A stretch of DNA of 64,000 nucleotides. Origin: an uncultured Planctomycetia bacterium (lineage in GTDB: Bacteria; Omnitrophota; Gorgyraeia; VGKH01; JBHPFN01). The DNA lies in NCBI GenBank assembly GCA_964406665.1, contig CAYOSQ010000006.1:23577-87576 (forward strand). The letters are read 5' to 3'. The notes under the pieces were generated by a model. It saw only the letters and a program-made list of their open reading frames with translations. It was not told where the DNA came from and did no database searches. How positions within the stretch are numbered: the first letter of the stretch is position 1; each line of letters opens with the position of its first letter. The translations under genes were made by a program, and so were the position numbers. Of this stretch, positions 59,168 to 64,000 are shown piece after piece.

Positions 59168-59213
59168 ATATCTTATTTAACTGTCTGAGAACGGACCCGC
59201 GAATCCCAATGCT

Positions 59214-60808
<1,595 letters not shown>

Positions 60809-60880
60809 TCAAGCTTAAGTTTGACTTCATTGTACAAATATGATATTCTTTCACATATATATTAAATAAGGAGAAAAAAT

Positions 60881-62545
60881 ATGATCTTTAGAAAAATTAA
60901 GCTGTTTTTCAAGTTTCACTGGATTAAAATTATAGTATTTGCCGGCTGCGCTGCGCTGATTGCTTCTCTAGTTATATTCTTAAGAAATGCAGTTTCTGCA
61001 TGGATGCTCACAGAAGCATTCACCAAGCGCTCGATGTTCGCCCAGTATTCTCTGCTTTTCTACGTATTTATAGTAACCCACATGATAAGCATGCCAGTAT
61101 ATGCTTTATTCTGGTACTGGTTGATGTTTAGAGGTGGTCAGTTTAAATTTACTGCTGCTAAGAAAAAATCTAGTAAAGATAAAGAGATTAACATCCGCTG
61201 GAAAGACGTTGTCGGCATGGAAGAAGCCAAACAAGAAGCTTCTGAAGTTGTGCGCCTTGTTACTGACCGTGCCCAGCTTCAGCAAATCGGCGGAAGGATA
61301 TTAAGAGGCCTCTTAATGATCGGACCTCCAGGATGCGGAAAAACATATCTGGCTAAGGCAATCGCCACTGAATCAAATCTTCCCTTCTTATCTATGTCCG
61401 GGGCTGAATTCGTTGAGATGTTTGTTGGTGTTGGTGCAAGTAGAGTAAGAAAACTATTCAAACACGCCAGGCAACAGGCCTACACAGACGGCGGCTGTAT
61501 TATCTTTATAGATGAATTAGATGCAATCGGTTCTAAGCGTGCACTTGATCAAGGATTCGGCGGCACCACAGAACACAATACAACATTAAACCAACTACTC
61601 ATTGAAATGGACGGTCTGAAAGAAAAAGATTTCAATATCATTGTAATTGGCGCAACCAACGCCGTTCAAACAAGCCTTGACCCAGCACTTCTTAGACCAG
61701 GTAGATTCGATAGAAAGATCTTCGTCGATCTTCCTAACCTTGAAGAAAGAGAAAAGCTTTTTGAATATTATCTTAATGAAATTAAATGCGATGAGTCTAT
61801 TGATAAATCCCGTCTAGCGCGAATGGCAGTTCAGAAAACCCCGGCTGATATCTCAAGTCTAGTCAGAGAATCTGCTCTTATTGCAATCCGCAACAAAAAA
61901 GAAACTGTAGGAATGAAAGAAATCATAGAAGCGTTTGACCGCATAGAAATGGGCATTAAGCATAAAAGAATGTTTAGTGAGAAAGAGCGAAAAATGGTAG
62001 CTTATCATGAGGCTGGCCATGCAATCACTATGTATGTTTTTATGCCTACGTCTGATGTATTCAAGGCCTCCATTGCCTCTCGCGGAACAGCTCTAGGGGT
62101 GGTCGTTCCACATCCCAGAGAAGAAATGCATAATAGGACTAAAGATGAAATGGTTGGATACATAAAAACCTGTCTTGGTTCGTATGTTGCAGAGCGGCTT
62201 AAATTTAATACTAGCACGACTGGAGTATCTAGTGATTTCCGCCAAGCAATGAATAACTCTTATCAGATGGTCTGGAGATTCGGGATGGGCAAATCCGGCC
62301 TGGTGGGAGACTTTACAACTGTTGCTTCTGAGCTTTCTGAGAAAACAAAAGAAAAATTAGATGGAGAAACTCAGGATATCCTTCAAGGTTGCCTAAAAGA
62401 AGTTGAAGAATTGCTTAAAAAAGAATTTGGTCTTCTTGATAAATTTGCCGAAGAGCTGCTTAAAAAAGAAGAGCTTGATTATGACGATATAGAAACATTA
62501 TTTAATGCTCACGGCTTACAACGTGCACCTGAACCGCAAGCATGA
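60881..62545 (+). CDS. ftsH: ATP-dependent zinc metalloprotease FtsH-like (AAA+ and M41 peptidase)
   Basis: 554 aa; two N-terminal TM helices, Walker A GPPGCGKT, Walker [25 protein letters not shown], zinc motif HEAGHA. Confidence 0.8.
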   Translation: MIFRKIKLFFKFHWIKIIVFAGCAALIASLVIFLRNAVSAWMLTEAFTKRSMFAQYSLLFYVFIVTHMISMPVYALFWYWLMFRGGQFKFTAAKKKSSKDKEINIRWKDVVGMEEAKQEASEVVRLVTDRAQLQQIGGRILRGLLMIGPPGCGKTYLAKAIATESNLPFLSMSGAEFVEMFVGVGASRVRKLFKHARQQAYTDGGCIIFIDELDAIGSKRALDQGFGGTTEHNTTLNQLLIEMDGLKEKDFNIIVIGATNAVQTSLDPALLRPGRFDRKIFVDLPNLEEREKLFEYYLNEIKCDESIDKSRLARMAVQKTPADISSLVRESALIAIRNKKETVGMKEIIEAFDRIEMGIKHKRMFSEKERKMVAYHEAGHAITMYVFMPTSDVFKASIASRGTALGVVVPHPREEMHNRTKDEMVGYIKTCLGSYVAERLKFNTSTTGVSSDFRQAMNNSYQMVWRFGMGKSGLVGDFTTVASELSEKTKEKLDGETQDILQGCLKEVEELLKKEFGLLDKFAEELLKKEELDYDDIETLFNAHGLQRAPEPQA

Positions 62546-63408
62546 TAAATAAACGTGTATTTATCTATATTTCTGTTTCGCTAATCTGCCTTATTTCCCT
62601 ATCTGGCTGCGACGTGATAAAGCCTGTCTATTTTGAGAAAAAAGGTGTTGAAAAGTTTACTACGATATGCAAACACGAATTCCGCATTAATATAAAAACA
62701 TTCCGGGTAGGAAAAACGCTATGGATATATGCTCCTATAGAAGAGCCGATTTTTAAATTTAAGGCATCCGCAGATGATGCTCCAGATTCTTATATAGATC
62801 CCAAAAGTATTTTCGATGGCAATAAGCTCACCACGAACTATTCTATTAAACCTCTAGAATCCATTAATAAAGGAATAACCTCGGCTCAAACAGATAAAGG
62901 AAATAAATACTTCTCCAATATCTTTGAGGCAATCTATAGCTCTTTTGGAGATTCCAAAGAAGACATAGACTTTTTTGTAGTAGTTATATCTGATATTGTA
63001 AACGGCGTTGATATTATCTATCAAATATATAAGCCGGATTTAATAAAGATGTTTTCTAACACTCTCGGGCTTACAGAGCCCACCTATAGAATTTTTACAG
63101 ATACATTGGGTAGCTCAAAAATTATCGGAGACAGATCAGGAAAGCACATCAATCCTTATGAATTAGATTTGGGGACATTCTTAACAAAACAAATCGAACA
63201 AAGAATACGATATAGCATAAATTTTGACTATGACATCGAAGAGCAAATTTTAGAAATAATAACCTTTGTTATTAATTCTTATGACTTTAAGGATTTTGCT
63301 TGGATTGAATTAATTGATCTAGATGCAACCAAAAAAACAACTATGTCTCGCGCGGCTCTTTTAGGCAGGATTAAAGAATCACTTCCTCTCCCTCTTCAAA
63401 CTCAATAG
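62542..63408 (+). CDS. putative lipoprotein (hypothetical)
   Basis: 288 aa; signal peptide with lipobox LSGC. Confidence 0.45.
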   Translation: MINKRVFIYISVSLICLISLSGCDVIKPVYFEKKGVEKFTTICKHEFRINIKTFRVGKTLWIYAPIEEPIFKFKASADDAPDSYIDPKSIFDGNKLTTNYSIKPLESINKGITSAQTDKGNKYFSNIFEAIYSSFGDSKEDIDFFVVVISDIVNGVDIIYQIYKPDLIKMFSNTLGLTEPTYRIFTDTLGSSKIIGDRSGKHINPYELDLGTFLTKQIEQRIRYSINFDYDIEEQILEIITFVINSYDFKDFAWIELIDLDATKKTTMSRAALLGRIKESLPLPLQTQ

Positions 63409-63874
63409 GGAGCTTTTCATCATCTTCTTGAGGTTTCTCTGATTTCGTAACTTCTATATTTATCGTTTCAGTCTTATATTTTTTTCCTTTATAGTCTACT
63501 ATTACTGGTTCAATAGAAAACGTTCCGACTTCTTTGGCTTTTAGCAGATATTTTAAACTGAAAGCCAACTTACCTTGAGCACTTCCAAAAGAAATATTAT
63601 GCTGCTTAGAAGTAGATACAACTATAAAATCCTTATCTAAATCGGGTAATTTTATTTCCGGAAGCTTGCCTATGGCACCATTTATTTCAACAGTGAAAGT
63701 AATCAACTCATCCTGAGAAACCTTAATTTTATCGACAGAGCTTGTTACAGAAATTGACGCATCGCTCTTACTTTCTGCCGCTTGAGATATTCCTGAGGTA
63801 GCAACAAAACCACTTAAAACAAAAACGATAAATAGAGAAGTTAATTTCTTAAACAATTTTGACCTTACGCCCAT
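63371..63874 (-). CDS. secreted hypothetical protein
   Basis: Signal peptide (LTSLFIVFVLSGFVATSGISQA); ATG at 63874 (ORF-track TTG at 63877). Confidence 0.4.
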   Translation of the reverse strand: MGVRSKLFKKLTSLFIVFVLSGFVATSGISQAAESKSDASISVTSSVDKIKVSQDELITFTVEINGAIGKLPEIKLPDLDKDFIVVSTSKQHNISFGSAQGKLAFSLKYLLKAKEVGTFSIEPVIVDYKGKKYKTETINIEVTKSEKPQEDDEKLPIEFEEGEEVIL

Positions 63875-64000
63875 CAAGTTTTAATCTATTCTCTGCGAAC
63901 AATTGAATTGCCTTAGGATATAGCTGATGTTCTACCTTGTGTATTCTTTCTTCTAGAGAATCAGCTGTATCACCCTCCTGGACCTCAACCGTCTGCTGCA
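63849..64000 (-). CDS. purN: phosphoribosylglycinamide formyltransferase, C-terminal fragment (gene continues beyond window)
   Basis: Translation ...QQTVEVQEGDTADSLEERIHKVEHQLYPKAIQLFAENRLKLDGRKVKIV* resembles the PurN C-terminus; truncated at window edge; not in ORF track. Confidence 0.6.
   Translation of the reverse strand, partial: QQTVEVQEGDTADSLEERIHKVEHQLYPKAIQLFAENRLKLDGRKVKIV

Overview
AT-rich bacterial chromosomal segment, almost entirely transcribed on the minus strand, apparently from an anaerobic (probably diderm) bacterium. All calls rest on reading motifs in the supplied ORF translations and the raw sequence; no database search or computation was run. Core content: RmuC, PilZ, GH5 hydrolase, TtcA, an AMP-ligase/ACP/acyltransferase fusion, endonuclease III-like glycosylase, HD-GYP, PEBP, Macro-NUDIX, CCA enzyme, nrdR/dCMP deaminase/glyA/rpiB/Sua5-LMW-PTP (ywl-like synteny), a purine block (purE-D-M-F-Q, LOG, purSL, SPFH, purC, purB, plus partial purN at the window edge), a REC-GGDEF-like-MshEN regulator, a cell-envelope cluster, an oxidative-stress cluster (flavodiiron protein, a 52-aa rubredoxin absent from the ORF track, rubrerythrin, superoxide reductase, ferritin-like, TrxB-like), an MMPL/LolA-like/OMP export operon, and a ferritin/NifU/hcp/HD/4Fe-4S/Rrf2 block, followed by mscS, arsC-like, tRNA-fMet, ftsB, eno and ftsH. 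The most unusual locus is 56062-59090: the only plus-strand stretch in a minus-strand landscape, carrying a B12-binding radical SAM gene and a 154-aa membrane-anchored protein, preceded by a 760-bp hairpin-rich noncoding region with covarying repeats and flanked by recurring TACGTA-core palindromes, directly beside tRNA-fMet. No CRISPR array, transposase, integrase or rRNA was recognised.
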